Position numbers and translations under genes: made by a program
Assembly: GCA_024400775.1 (NCBI GenBank)
Contig: JAKSMF010000001.1
Span: 1,297 to 65,296, forward strand
DNA: 64,000 nucleotides
Direction of reading: 5' to 3'
Origin: Bacteroidales bacterium
GTDB taxonomy: Bacteria; Bacteroidota; Bacteroidia; Bacteroidales; WCHB1-69
Notes under the pieces: generated by a model
What the model was told of the DNA's origin: nothing
Seen by the model: only the letters and a program-made list of their open reading frames with translations
The model's database searches: none
In this document: one piece after another, positions 1-8,578 of the stretch
Layout of the letters: every line of letters begins with the position of its first letter
Position numbering within the stretch: the stretch's first letter is position 1

Positions 1-34
1 GATGATGAATTTTATAATTAAAAATATAAGGCAC

Positions 35-60
35 AAAGCATGACATCACTGTCACGCTTT
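35..60 (-). terminator. Putative terminator hairpin downstream of the C69 peptidase gene
   Basis: The minus strand reads AAAGCGTGACA-GTGA-TGTCATGCTTT, an 11 bp stem with one G-U, about 27 nt after the stop codon. The T-run is not directly adjacent, so this is weak. Confidence 0.4.
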
Positions 61-87
61 ATACCTTATATATTATTTAGTAAAGAA

Positions 88-1836
88 TTATTTTCCCAAC
101 TTGTTGAGGATGTTGTCGCCACAGTCGTTTACAATCATCTTATACCATTTGTCGGGATAAGCCGGTTGGTCAGGACTTTCGCACTGCGGTATGGCTGCCT
201 TAGTGGTCAGGAAACGTCCGTTTTCTTCTTTTTTCACATTGCCGTCATTATATTTCACCAACAGATAGACGTACAATTTTTCCCAGGCATCACGAACTTT
301 GTGTGCGGCCTGGTGTGAATAATCCGTCAATTCGCGTTGTGCGGCGGCGGGATCGGTTTCATACATCTTCACAATACGCTCCTGCATCTTCTTAACATCG
401 GTAATGAAAGAAGACTCGAGTGAGTTCTGCAATTCATTAACGTGTTTAATCATATCGCTATAGCGGCTATAAACAAGCTGACTGACTTTGGTGAAGGTCC
501 AATATGCAGAACTTGCGGAGTATTCGGTCATTGAGCCATTACCTTCTCTAAGTTCGTAAGGTGCGTTCAAGATACCGCAGAACATCGGGATATAGCAGGA
601 AGAAGCGGCATCATCGACGCCGAACCAAAGGATACCGCCAAAGCCGTCGGGGAGATTAGGACGGCACTGAGCGACGAAGGAGAAGCCGGTCTGCTGTGTT
701 GCGGTAGCGCGTTCGTGGATATATTCTTTGCCGTCAACGCTCCAGTTCATCGGGCGCCAACGATAGGGACAGCCATAAGGGCCAGCACCCAGATCCTGGG
801 TCATATCCATGGAGGTGCCTTCGTAATGATCGCGCATCAAATGCATAATTTCCTGTTCATCCAGCAGATGGTCGGGCTTAATCCACAACGGGAAACGGTG
901 TCTGAGATTGTCGCCACGGGCGTAATCTTCGTATGAAGCCATAGCGCCGGGGTTGCAGCGATAGAAAGCCATCCAGACGCGGGCATCGCAGAAACGCGCA
1001 CCTTCAAAGTCAATCGGAGCGTAAGCATCGCAGAAGCTGAAGTCAGCATCAGCGGCATCTTTCGGATAGTATCCTTTCAATTTAGCGAAGGAGATAACAT
1101 CATGAGAATAAACCGTTTGAATGTCGGGTAAAAAGATTTTGTCGAGTTCTTTATTGGTAATAGAAGTTTTTCCATCACGCAACGGGAAAGTGGTGATACG
1201 GGCCTGGTTGGCGTGACCGCAGATGTAGCCATCGGGGATACGGCGGGCAACCCAAACAGCACCATTGCTCCAGCCTTTCACGGTTTTACCTTTGGCATCC
1301 CTCATCTCTTCACCTTTCCCTATCAGCTCGAAAATCCAAGCTTCGTTGGGGTCGGCGATAGAGAAAGACTCGCCTTCGCTGTGATAACCGTAAGCGTCAA
1401 GCAATTCGCTAATCACCTTGATGGCTTCGCGAGCGTTTTTAGCACGTTGCAGAGTGATATAGATGAGAGAGCCGTAGTCGATCATACCGGGAGTTTTCCA
1501 CAATTCGGAACGGCCGCCGTAGGTGGTTTCGCCAATCACGAGCTGATGCTCGTTCATGTTACCCACAACTGCGTAAGTATGAGCAACTTCCGGAATTTTT
1601 CCGAGACGTTCGCCGGTATCCCATTCGATAACGTCGCGGTAGGAGCCTGCGGCATGGTCGGCAGCGGCGTAATAATAAAGTTCACCATAAAGCGTGTGAG
1701 AGTCAGCGGCGTAGGTGACAAAACAGCTACCCGAAGCGCTGGCTCCCTTGGTGATGATGAAGTTCGTACAAGCGGAAACCCGCGTCAAACACACCGTACA
1801 GAGCACCAGTACGATGACAAGGAATAATTTTTTCAT
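88..1836 (-). CDS. Secreted C69-family dipeptidase
   Basis: 582 aa. A signal peptide (MKKLFLVIVLVLCTVCLTRVSA) is followed directly by Cys (CTNFIITKGAS), as expected for the N-terminal nucleophile of peptidase family C69. The length is typical for the family. Confidence 0.85.
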   Translation of the reverse strand: MKKLFLVIVLVLCTVCLTRVSACTNFIITKGASASGSCFVTYAADSHTLYGELYYYAAADHAAGSYRDVIEWDTGERLGKIPEVAHTYAVVGNMNEHQLVIGETTYGGRSELWKTPGMIDYGSLIYITLQRAKNAREAIKVISELLDAYGYHSEGESFSIADPNEAWIFELIGKGEEMRDAKGKTVKGWSNGAVWVARRIPDGYICGHANQARITTFPLRDGKTSITNKELDKIFLPDIQTVYSHDVISFAKLKGYYPKDAADADFSFCDAYAPIDFEGARFCDARVWMAFYRCNPGAMASYEDYARGDNLRHRFPLWIKPDHLLDEQEIMHLMRDHYEGTSMDMTQDLGAGPYGCPYRWRPMNWSVDGKEYIHERATATQQTGFSFVAQCRPNLPDGFGGILWFGVDDAASSCYIPMFCGILNAPYELREGNGSMTEYSASSAYWTFTKVSQLVYSRYSDMIKHVNELQNSLESSFITDVKKMQERIVKMYETDPAAAQRELTDYSHQAAHKVRDAWEKLYVYLLVKYNDGNVKKEENGRFLTTKAAIPQCESPDQPAYPDKWYKMIVNDCGDNILNKLGK

Positions 1837-1852
1837 ATAAGTGAAGATTTAA

Positions 1853-2698
1853 TTAGGCAATGGGTGAATGCATGACATTGGGAACAATCAGCAGCGGCAT
1901 CGGGGCGAAATTCAGCAACTGACGGGTGGTGCTGCCCAACCAGAAAGCGGTAGCATCATCTTCCACTTCACGCATAATGACAATCAGGTTGACATCTTCT
2001 GCCTTGGCCCAGTCAACAACGGCGGTACAAGGGGTGCCGGCTGTTTCGAGGGTGGAAACGTCATAGCGCACGTTGGCGATGTCGCACATGCCGGCAGCGT
2101 GGTGCAGCTGAATGTTGATGGTGTGCTTTTCGTCCGGATAGTTGGGATCCACAATGCCGAGAAGTGACAACTTGGCAGAGAAGTCGCGAGCGATTTCTGA
2201 AGAAAGTTTGATTTTCTGCAAAGTTTCAAAACTCATGTCTATCGGGAGGAGGATGTTGGTAAGGTCACGTTTCACATTGACGTGAGCGCCGATGATGAGA
2301 ACGGGGACTTTGGTAATACCGACGACCTTCATGGTGTTGCTGCCGATGAACATTTCTTCAAAGCCGGAAGCGCCGTGAGAGCCGACGACGAGCAGGGCAT
2401 CGGGAAGATTGTATGCATACTGGGTGAGTTTGATGTGCGCTTTGCCTTCAAGAATGACACCCTGGATTTCGTTCTTAGGTGCTTCGGCGCGAGCGAGGGC
2501 AACCATCTCATCCAATTTGAGATGGGCTTTTTTCAACATTTCATCTTCGTCAGTCACATCCAACTTGATGGCTGCGGTAGGAGTTTTCACCCATACGATA
2601 TGGATTTTGGCGTTGTTTTTCAAGCCGATGGCAACTGCGTGGCGCAGTGCGTTTTCCGAATTTTGGGAGAAATCAACCCCCACTACGATGTTTTTCAT
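1853..2698 (-). CDS. Universal stress protein with tandem UspA domains
   Basis: 281 aa. It has two Usp-like halves (MKNIVVGVDFS..., ...LLVVGSHGASGFEEMFIGSNT...; second half NILLPIDMS... LGSTTRQLL). Confidence 0.8.
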   Translation of the reverse strand: MKNIVVGVDFSQNSENALRHAVAIGLKNNAKIHIVWVKTPTAAIKLDVTDEDEMLKKAHLKLDEMVALARAEAPKNEIQGVILEGKAHIKLTQYAYNLPDALLVVGSHGASGFEEMFIGSNTMKVVGITKVPVLIIGAHVNVKRDLTNILLPIDMSFETLQKIKLSSEIARDFSAKLSLLGIVDPNYPDEKHTINIQLHHAAGMCDIANVRYDVSTLETAGTPCTAVVDWAKAEDVNLIVIMREVEDDATAFWLGSTTRQLLNFAPMPLLIVPNVMHSPIA

Positions 2699-2763
2699 AA
2701 CATTTATGGTTTTAAGATTTTAATATCCAATAAAGAACTTTGGCAATTTCAAGAATTGCACCG

Positions 2764-2771
2764 CAAAATTA
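2764..2771 (-). promoter_or_regulatory. Bacteroidetes -7 box TAatTTTG for the usp gene
   Basis: The reverse complement of 2764-2771 is TAATTTTG. It lies 66 nt upstream of the ATG at 2698. Confidence 0.45.
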
Positions 2772-2924
2772 CAAAAAAAATTTCTGATATAAAATAATAT
2801 AGTATAAGAAATCATAGAAAGATTTTGCTTTTCTTCTATAATTTCATTTTAATACATAAAGTTCATTTCTGACGATAATTTTGAAAAAGTTCTTCATCGG
2901 TCTTTAATTGTAAAAAAATAATCA

Positions 2925-2932
2925 TACCTTTG
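2925..2932 (+). promoter_or_regulatory. Bacteroidetes -7 box TAccTTTG for pepT
   Basis: The context is TACCTTTGcagcc, 70 nt upstream of the ATG at 3003. The same TTTGCAGCC context is seen at the tRNA promoters in this window. Confidence 0.5.
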
Positions 2933-3002
2933 CAGCCGCAAGCCGTAACGGCCATTGTTTTCAAGAATTCATTAATTAGTAAAAAAATAAAAAAGTAACC
3001 AG

Positions 3003-4223
3003 ATGAAACAGACATTATTAAAAAGATTTTCCAGCTACATGGCCATTGCCACCACGTCGGATGAAAATTCCGAAACCTACCCGAGCACACCCAACCAACT
3101 TGTTTTCGGGGATTTTTTGGTTGATGAATTGAAACGCATCGGACTGACCGACGTGAAAAAAGACCAATACGGGTATGTAACGGCCACGCTGCCGGCCAAC
3201 TGCGACAAGGTGCTGCCCACCGTCGGCTTCATTTCGCACTTCGATACCGCCCCCGACATGCCCGGTGCCAAGGAACCGCGCATCATCGAAAATTACGATG
3301 GCAAAGACATCATGCTTGATGCCGAAAGCAACACCGCCCTCACCCTCACCGACTTTCCCGAACTGGCGGGTTATGCCGGACAGACGCTGTTGGTAACCGA
3401 CGGCAAGACGTTGCTCGGTGCCGACGACAAAGCAGGCATTGCCGAAATCGTCACCGCCATGGAATACCTCATCGCTCATCCCGAAATCAAACACGGAAAA
3501 GTGCGCGTCGGCTTCACCCCTGACGAAGAAATCGGCCAAGGCGTTAAGTATTTCGACACCAAGGGCTTTGGTTGCGATTTCGCCTACACGATGGACGGTG
3601 GCGCCATCGGTGAACTGGAGTATGAAAACTTCAATGCCGCATCGGCAAACATCAAAATCCAGGGGCGCAACATTCACCCCGGCTACGCCAAAAACAAGAT
3701 GGTGAACGCGCAGTTGATTGCCATGGAATTCAATGCTATGCTGCCGGAATTCCAGAAACCGCAATACACGCAGGATTACGAAGGTTTCTACCTGCTCGTC
3801 CATATGGAAGGCACTGTTGAAAACGCCTCCCTCACATACATCATTCGCGACCATGACCGTGCGAAGTTTGAAGAAAAGAAGGCCTTCATGCAGAAAATCA
3901 CCGAATACCTCAACGCAAAGTACGGCGACCGCATCACCTGCGACATCAAAGACCAATATTACAACATGCGTGAGAAGGTGGAACCCGTTTTCCACATCGT
4001 CACCCTGGCGGAAGAGGCGATGAAGTCGGTTGGTGTTGAACCGCACGTTCAGCCCATCCGCGGCGGCACCGACGGAGCAAACCTCTCCTTCAAAGGCCTC
4101 CCCTGCCCCAACATCTTCGCCGGCGGCCACAACTTCCACGGAAAATACGAATACGTTCCGCTCGAATCCATGGTGAAAGCAACGGAAGTGGTGACGGCAA
4201 TTGTGCGCGGAATCGCAAAATAG
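3003..4223 (+). CDS. pepT: Peptidase T (tripeptide aminopeptidase, M20B)
   Basis: 406 aa. The N-terminus LLKRFSSYMAIATTSDENS...TPSTPNQLVFGDFLVDELKRIGL, the GADDKAGIAEI motif and the C-terminal GGHNFHGKYEYV are characteristic of PepT. Confidence 0.9.
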   Translation: MKQTLLKRFSSYMAIATTSDENSETYPSTPNQLVFGDFLVDELKRIGLTDVKKDQYGYVTATLPANCDKVLPTVGFISHFDTAPDMPGAKEPRIIENYDGKDIMLDAESNTALTLTDFPELAGYAGQTLLVTDGKTLLGADDKAGIAEIVTAMEYLIAHPEIKHGKVRVGFTPDEEIGQGVKYFDTKGFGCDFAYTMDGGAIGELEYENFNAASANIKIQGRNIHPGYAKNKMVNAQLIAMEFNAMLPEFQKPQYTQDYEGFYLLVHMEGTVENASLTYIIRDHDRAKFEEKKAFMQKITEYLNAKYGDRITCDIKDQYYNMREKVEPVFHIVTLAEEAMKSVGVEPHVQPIRGGTDGANLSFKGLPCPNIFAGGHNFHGKYEYVPLESMVKATEVVTAIVRGIAK

Positions 4224-4276
4224 GCAGGAAGTGGGAAGTAGGAAGTAGGAAGCAGGAAGCGAGAGGTGGGAAGTGG
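4224..4276. repeat. Tandem 7-bp purine microsatellite (YRGGAAG) x7
   Basis: Reads g CAGGAAG TGGGAAG TAGGAAG TAGGAAG CAGGAAG CGAGAGG TGGGAAG tgg, starting at the first base after the pepT stop codon. Confidence 0.9.
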
Positions 4277-4368
4277 ATTATTTCAAATAAAACAAAATTA
4301 ACAACAACTAACATTAACTCATTATGACTCAGTATAAAGGATTCTAACACAACCCTAACTCTATTATT

Positions 4369-5460
4369 ATGAACGAACTCATCTCACGTCTCGCTTTACA
4401 ATTTCAGCCCAACATCGGGGGAACAACTATCAAAAAACTATTAACCTACTATGGCAGTGCAAGTGCTGTTCTTGCCGAAAAAAGCAAAGTCAGTCCGTTT
4501 GGGAAGCGGGTGCCACTGCCAAAACTGACGGCCGAAATACAACGGCTGGCCGAGCAGGAACTGCGTTGGATGGAACGCTACAGCATCCGGCTCTGTTTCT
4601 GGAACGACGACGACTATCCGAAGCGGCTCACCACCTGTCCGGATGCGCCATACTTATTCTATTATCGTGGAAATCACATATTTAACGAGCAGAAGATGGT
4701 GGCAGTGGTGGGCACACGCAACATCACGCCGTACGGCAAAGATGTTACGCGAAAGATTATTGACGAATTGAGGCAATACAATGTGTGCGTTGTCAGCGGG
4801 CTGGCGCGCGGGGTGGATGCGGTGGCGCACGAACAGGCGCTGGACAGCGGACTGAAGACGGCGGCGGTGATGGGGTGCGGACTTGGTACGATATATCCCG
4901 ACTGCAACGAGCGGCTGGCACGCCGCATACTGAACGAAGGCAGCGCGTTGGTGTCGGAATTTACATTCCAGACCAAGCCCGACCGCCAGAACTTTCCGCA
5001 GCGAAACCGTATCATCGCCGGCATGGCCGACGCGACCATCGTGATGGAGACGGCAGCGAAGGGCGGAAGCGTCATCACGGCACACATCGCCCAGTCGTAC
5101 AACCGCGATGTTTTTGCTGTTCCGGGCAACATTTTCGCACCCACTTATGAAGGCTGCCACGCGCTGATTCGAAAAAACATCGCCGCCATCGTCACTTCCG
5201 GTGCCGACGTGGCCGAACTGATGGGCTGGGACCTGCAAGCCCCGAAAACTGTGCAAGCCAGTCTGTTCGTGGAACTTACGGATGACGAACGGTGCGTTGC
5301 CAACGTCATCACTGAGACACCCGACATCATGATTGACGACATCACTACCACGCTGCCGCAATATACTCCGTCAAAGCTCGCCGCACTCCTACTCCAACTC
5401 GAACTGAAAGGCGTCATCCGATGCAATCCGGGAAAACGCTACAGTCTTATCAGCGCATAA
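4369..5460 (+). CDS. dprA: DNA-processing protein DprA (Smf)
   Basis: 363 aa. It has a Rossmann-like DprA core (VAVVGTRNITPYG...VVSGLARGVDAVAHEQAL...) and a C-terminal winged-helix-like tail. Confidence 0.9.
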   Translation: MNELISRLALQFQPNIGGTTIKKLLTYYGSASAVLAEKSKVSPFGKRVPLPKLTAEIQRLAEQELRWMERYSIRLCFWNDDDYPKRLTTCPDAPYLFYYRGNHIFNEQKMVAVVGTRNITPYGKDVTRKIIDELRQYNVCVVSGLARGVDAVAHEQALDSGLKTAAVMGCGLGTIYPDCNERLARRILNEGSALVSEFTFQTKPDRQNFPQRNRIIAGMADATIVMETAAKGGSVITAHIAQSYNRDVFAVPGNIFAPTYEGCHALIRKNIAAIVTSGADVAELMGWDLQAPKTVQASLFVELTDDERCVANVITETPDIMIDDITTTLPQYTPSKLAALLLQLELKGVIRCNPGKRYSLISA

Positions 5461-5471
5461 AACATTCTATT

Positions 5472-5741
5472 ATGAAATATCAATACGCAACCCAAGGAAC
5501 CTGTTCGAAGTATATCGAATTTGAAATCGGAGATGACCACATTCTCCACAACGTCGTGTTTTACGGCGGATGCAGTGGCAACCTTCAAGGAATCAGCAAA
5601 TTAGTTGAAGGTATGCCGATTAGTGAAGTGATTAACAAGCTGAAGGGCATCAGTTGCAGCGGTGGACCGACCAGTTGTCCCGACCAGCTGGCAACAGCTT
5701 TACAAGAGTTTTTGAAGCAGGAAGTAGGAAGCAGGAGGTAG
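5472..5741 (+). CDS. TSCPD-domain protein (TIGR03905-like)
   Basis: About 89 aa counted from the ATG at 5472 (MKYQYATQGTCSKYIEFEI...GGCSGNLQGISKLVEG...GGPTSCPDQLA). The TSCPD motif is present. The longer ORF starting at 5421 would overlap dprA. Confidence 0.75.
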   Translation: MKYQYATQGTCSKYIEFEIGDDHILHNVVFYGGCSGNLQGISKLVEGMPISEVINKLKGISCSGGPTSCPDQLATALQEFLKQEVGSRR

Positions 5742-5748
5742 GAAGTGG
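5717..5748. repeat. Second (YRGGAAG)n array, x4
   Basis: Reads g CAGGAAG TAGGAAG CAGGAGG TAGGAAG tgg. It overlaps the last codons and the stop codon (5739-5741) of the TSCPD gene. Confidence 0.85.
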
Positions 5749-5762
5749 TTGGTTTTATCCTC

Positions 5763-5782
5763 TTATTCCTAATTCCTAATTC
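5763..5782. repeat. Inverted-orientation heptamer array (TTCCTAA)n
   Basis: Reads ttaTTCCTAATTCCTAATTc. This is the complement of a TTAGGAA unit, a one-base variant of the upstream TAGGAAG-type unit, and lies 15 nt downstream of that purine array. Confidence 0.8.
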
Positions 5783-5863
5783 AGATAAAAGCGAGCACTG
5801 AACGTGCGCGGCGGCGTACGGCAGCCTTCCAAATAAAAACATCAAACATAAGGAAAAAACTTG

Positions 5864-5871
5864 TATCTTTG
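5864..5871 (+). promoter_or_regulatory. -7 box TAtcTTTG
   Basis: The context is TATCTTTGcccc, 27 nt upstream of the ATG at 5898. Confidence 0.45.
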
Positions 5872-5897
5872 CCCCACTTTTTATAAATCCCCGTTAG

Positions 5898-6959
5898 ATG
5901 AAAATCCTCCCCACACTTTTGATATTGCTTGCGCCGTTGTTGCTTTTCGGACAAGAAAAAGACTCCACCATCTTCCGTTTTCAGACCTTTATGCCCGACC
6001 GGCTGCTGGACGCACTTGAGAACTGCGCCGACTACGACATCGCGCTGGCCGGAAAGGTCAAAACCGTGACCATCACCACCTGTTGTAGTACTCACACTTA
6101 TCTCGTTGTGGATGGTATAGTTATAGGAAATCGAAATACAGTACGATATGGCAATATGAAATTTAGAACAAAGATTCACCACCTTCGTTACCACTTTGCG
6201 CAAGACGGACAAATCGACAGCATCGTTTGTGAATCACAAGAATGTCACTTCTACCGCAAAAAATCAATAAATCTTGAGGTCAATTATGTAGAAAAAGTGA
6301 TATTCCATAACGGACGGCTGCAATCCATATCCTACGGGCCCAAAGGTGCAATTGGAGAACTGCATACACTGACGTACGACTCACTCAACCGTCCCATCGA
6401 ACACAAATATTACAACTACCATTTGGAAACATTCCAGTTTTTTCACTACAACGAACAAGGACAACTTTCTGATTTCCAAAGATATTATTATGGAAGCAGA
6501 GGTCCGAGAAAAATAATTCCGTCATCACTGCACAAATTCTTGGTCTTCGCCGGCACATACGACTATTCGCAGCCCGGTTATGTGAAGCGCACGCTGATTT
6601 CAAAAACCGACACCTTGTATGATTCCATTCCGATTTCGGTATTTGAAAGTCAAGAGCAGGATCTGAATGACAGTCCGAATCTGAAATGGGGGACACGCGG
6701 CGGTTTCGGTTGGCGTGTACACCAACGCTACGTCATGGGTGATTATCCCGGTAACACGATCTATTATCGTGCTATCGAGGAACGTGTTGAGACTGCCGCC
6801 GACGCCCACGGCAACTGGACGGACGGACATTCTTCTGGCACAAAGTCATTGCCGGCAGGTTTTTCACGCTACGAACCCGTTAAATTTCTGAAGGCAAAGG
6901 GGGAAAAACATAGAGTTTGGATATGGCGCGGAACGAGGCAAATAGAATATTGGGAATAA
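5898..6959 (+). CDS. Hypothetical secreted protein
   Basis: 353 aa with an N-terminal signal peptide (MKILPTLLILLAPLLLFGQ). It is rich in Tyr/His beta-type repeats. I recognise no family. Confidence 0.55.
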   Translation: MKILPTLLILLAPLLLFGQEKDSTIFRFQTFMPDRLLDALENCADYDIALAGKVKTVTITTCCSTHTYLVVDGIVIGNRNTVRYGNMKFRTKIHHLRYHFAQDGQIDSIVCESQECHFYRKKSINLEVNYVEKVIFHNGRLQSISYGPKGAIGELHTLTYDSLNRPIEHKYYNYHLETFQFFHYNEQGQLSDFQRYYYGSRGPRKIIPSSLHKFLVFAGTYDYSQPGYVKRTLISKTDTLYDSIPISVFESQEQDLNDSPNLKWGTRGGFGWRVHQRYVMGDYPGNTIYYRAIEERVETAADAHGNWTDGHSSGTKSLPAGFSRYEPVKFLKAKGEKHRVWIWRGTRQIEYWE

Positions 6960-6994
6960 TTCCAAAAAAGAGTTGGTAAATGATAACTTTTTCG

Positions 6995-7002
6995 TACTTT
7001 TG
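6995..7002 (+). promoter_or_regulatory. -7 box TActTTTG
   Basis: The context is TACTTTTGcaacc. It lies inside the longer ORF-track start (6973) and 28 nt upstream of the ATG at 7030, which supports the 7030 start. Confidence 0.5.
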
Positions 7003-7029
7003 CAACCAAGAAACCAATCCTCTCAAAAT

Positions 7030-8280
7030 ATGAATATCATCCTTCAGCAAAAAAAGTTGCTCGGCATCAACGGCGCTGGGCGTATCGGTAAATTAACCCT
7101 TTGGCATCATCTGCTTTCCCGCAAGTTCGACGGTATTGTGCTCAACGTCGGTCGCGAAGTGGGCAAGAGCATGGAAGACCTGGTACAGTCGCTGACGACC
7201 GACTCCACCTACGGCAATCTGAGTCTGTTTCTTTATGGTCGTGCGGGCAAAAGATGCAAGGTGGAAATCGTGGATAGCGAAAAACACATTGTAGAGATTG
7301 ACGGTATTCCTGTCAAACTCCTCATGACCGAACGTAACCCTCATAATATCAATTGGAAAGAGGAAGGCGTGCGCGTTGTCGTAGATTGCACGGGCAAATT
7401 CTTAGACCCCTCATTGGCCGACAACGACGGCAAAGGCAGCATTCTCGGCCACTTGGCCGGCGGCGCCGAACACGTAATTGCAAGTGCTCCGTTCAAAATC
7501 AAGGCCACCGACTTCGACATTGAAAACACACCCACTCTAATATATGGTATCAACCACACCTGTTTTGATCCTGCGCGTCACAAAGTGATTTCCGCTGCCA
7601 GCTGCACCACGACCGGTTTGGCTCACATGATCAAGCCGTTGTTGGAAGACCCTGAAACCAACCACGTGCTGACGGCTTCGTTGTCAACGGTACATGCGGC
7701 GACGAACACGCAAAGCGTATTGGACACGGTGCCCGCAGCCGGCGCCACCGACCTGCGCAAAAACCGTTCGGTACTTAATAATATAATATTGTCATCCACG
7801 GGTGCGGCGAAAACATTGGAGAAGGTCATCCCTGAAATCTCACATTTCGGCTTTATGGCAGACTCCATCCGCATACCCACGCCGTCGGTTTCACTCATCG
7901 CGCTCAACATCACCTTCAGTTCCAGAATGAACGAACAGGGGGTGCCGTACATTTCGGGCGACTACCTGCGCGACATCTACCGTCGTGCTTCCGAAGGCGA
8001 GCAGAAGGGTTTGCTGCATTTCTCGATGAAGCAGAATGTGCCGATGGACCTGCTGGGCATGCCGGCCGCCATTACGATCGAAGGCAAAGAGATTCACACC
8101 CGCACCGGTTTTCTGAAGATTCCGGCAGAAATTTTGGAATCACTTCACATCAACAACATTCAAGACATCAATATTCCGGTTACGCACGCCAAAATTTTCG
8201 GATGGTATGACAACGAGTTTGGCAGTTATGTGACCTGTTTAGGGAAATTAACCGAATATATTTCCAACAGTTTAGACTAA
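7030..8280 (+). CDS. Divergent glyceraldehyde-3-phosphate dehydrogenase family protein
   Basis: 416 aa. GAPDH motifs are present: GINGAGRIGK (NAD binding), SAASCTTTGLAH (catalytic Cys, but not the canonical SCTTNC), STVHAAT, LSSTGAAK, IRIPTPSVSL and WYDNEFGSY. Confidence 0.75.
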   Translation: MNIILQQKKLLGINGAGRIGKLTLWHHLLSRKFDGIVLNVGREVGKSMEDLVQSLTTDSTYGNLSLFLYGRAGKRCKVEIVDSEKHIVEIDGIPVKLLMTERNPHNINWKEEGVRVVVDCTGKFLDPSLADNDGKGSILGHLAGGAEHVIASAPFKIKATDFDIENTPTLIYGINHTCFDPARHKVISAASCTTTGLAHMIKPLLEDPETNHVLTASLSTVHAATNTQSVLDTVPAAGATDLRKNRSVLNNIILSSTGAAKTLEKVIPEISHFGFMADSIRIPTPSVSLIALNITFSSRMNEQGVPYISGDYLRDIYRRASEGEQKGLLHFSMKQNVPMDLLGMPAAITIEGKEIHTRTGFLKIPAEILESLHINNIQDINIPVTHAKIFGWYDNEFGSYVTCLGKLTEYISNSLD

Positions 8281-8440
8281 AAAAGGAGAGAAATCCGATT
8301 TGGAAGACATTTAAAATGATTTATAAATATTTCATTTTTAAACAATTAAAACATTAAAAAGAAATAAATAAAAAAAATTTCGCCGTAAAGCCGAGATAAT
8401 TTATTTTTTTGTAATTTAGCGGCCGCAAAAAATGCAGCCC

Positions 8441-8528
8441 GGAGAGATGGCCGAGTGGTCGAAGGCGCACGCCTGGAAAGTGTGTAAACGCCGAAAGCGT
8501 TTCTAGGGTTCGAATCCCTATCTCTCCG
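8441..8528 (+). tRNA. tRNA-Ser (anticodon GGA)
   Basis: Folds by hand into a cloverleaf: acceptor GGAGAGA/TCTCTCC, anticodon arm CACGC-CTGGAAA-GTGTG, long variable arm, T arm TAGGG-TTCGAAT-CCCTA, discriminator G. Confidence 0.9.
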
Positions 8529-8578
8529 CTTTTTTATTGAAAAAAAACAAACAAAATAAGAATTATTAATCAATCAAA

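Noticed and set aside
3018-4139. 373-aa ORF antisense to pepT. Similar long antisense ORFs occur at 28329-29282 (topA), 34475-35317 (OYE gene), 45216-46199 (FISUMP gene), 50351-51421 (ychF) and 61847-62875 (ffh).
   Set aside because: They are shadow ORFs on the opposite strand of genes with unmistakable family motifs. Their translations are low-complexity (Gly/Val/Arg/His-rich) with no recognisable domains. They arise because GC-rich third positions suppress stop codons on the antisense strand.
4224-4276. CRISPR array as an explanation for the short tandem repeats.
   Set aside because: The units are 7 bp, contiguous and without spacers, and no cas genes are present in the window. This is a microsatellite, not a CRISPR array.
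6973-7029. N-terminal extensions proposed by the ORF track for the GAPDH-like gene (6973), rfbA (33287), the dksA-like gene (16791), ffh (61625), the PlsC-like gene (22100), tcdA (53851), the OMP gene (61488), the OMT gene (41405) and the lptD-like gene (18041).
   Set aside because: For the GAPDH-like gene, rfbA, the dksA-like gene, ffh and the PlsC-like gene, a TAnnTTTG -7 box lies inside or overlapping the extension. The lptD-like and tcdA extensions overlap the neighbouring gene. The OMT extension translates the upstream terminator hairpin and the AT-rich repeat. The OMP extension is rejected because the conserved protein N-terminus (signal peptide) begins at the internal ATG.
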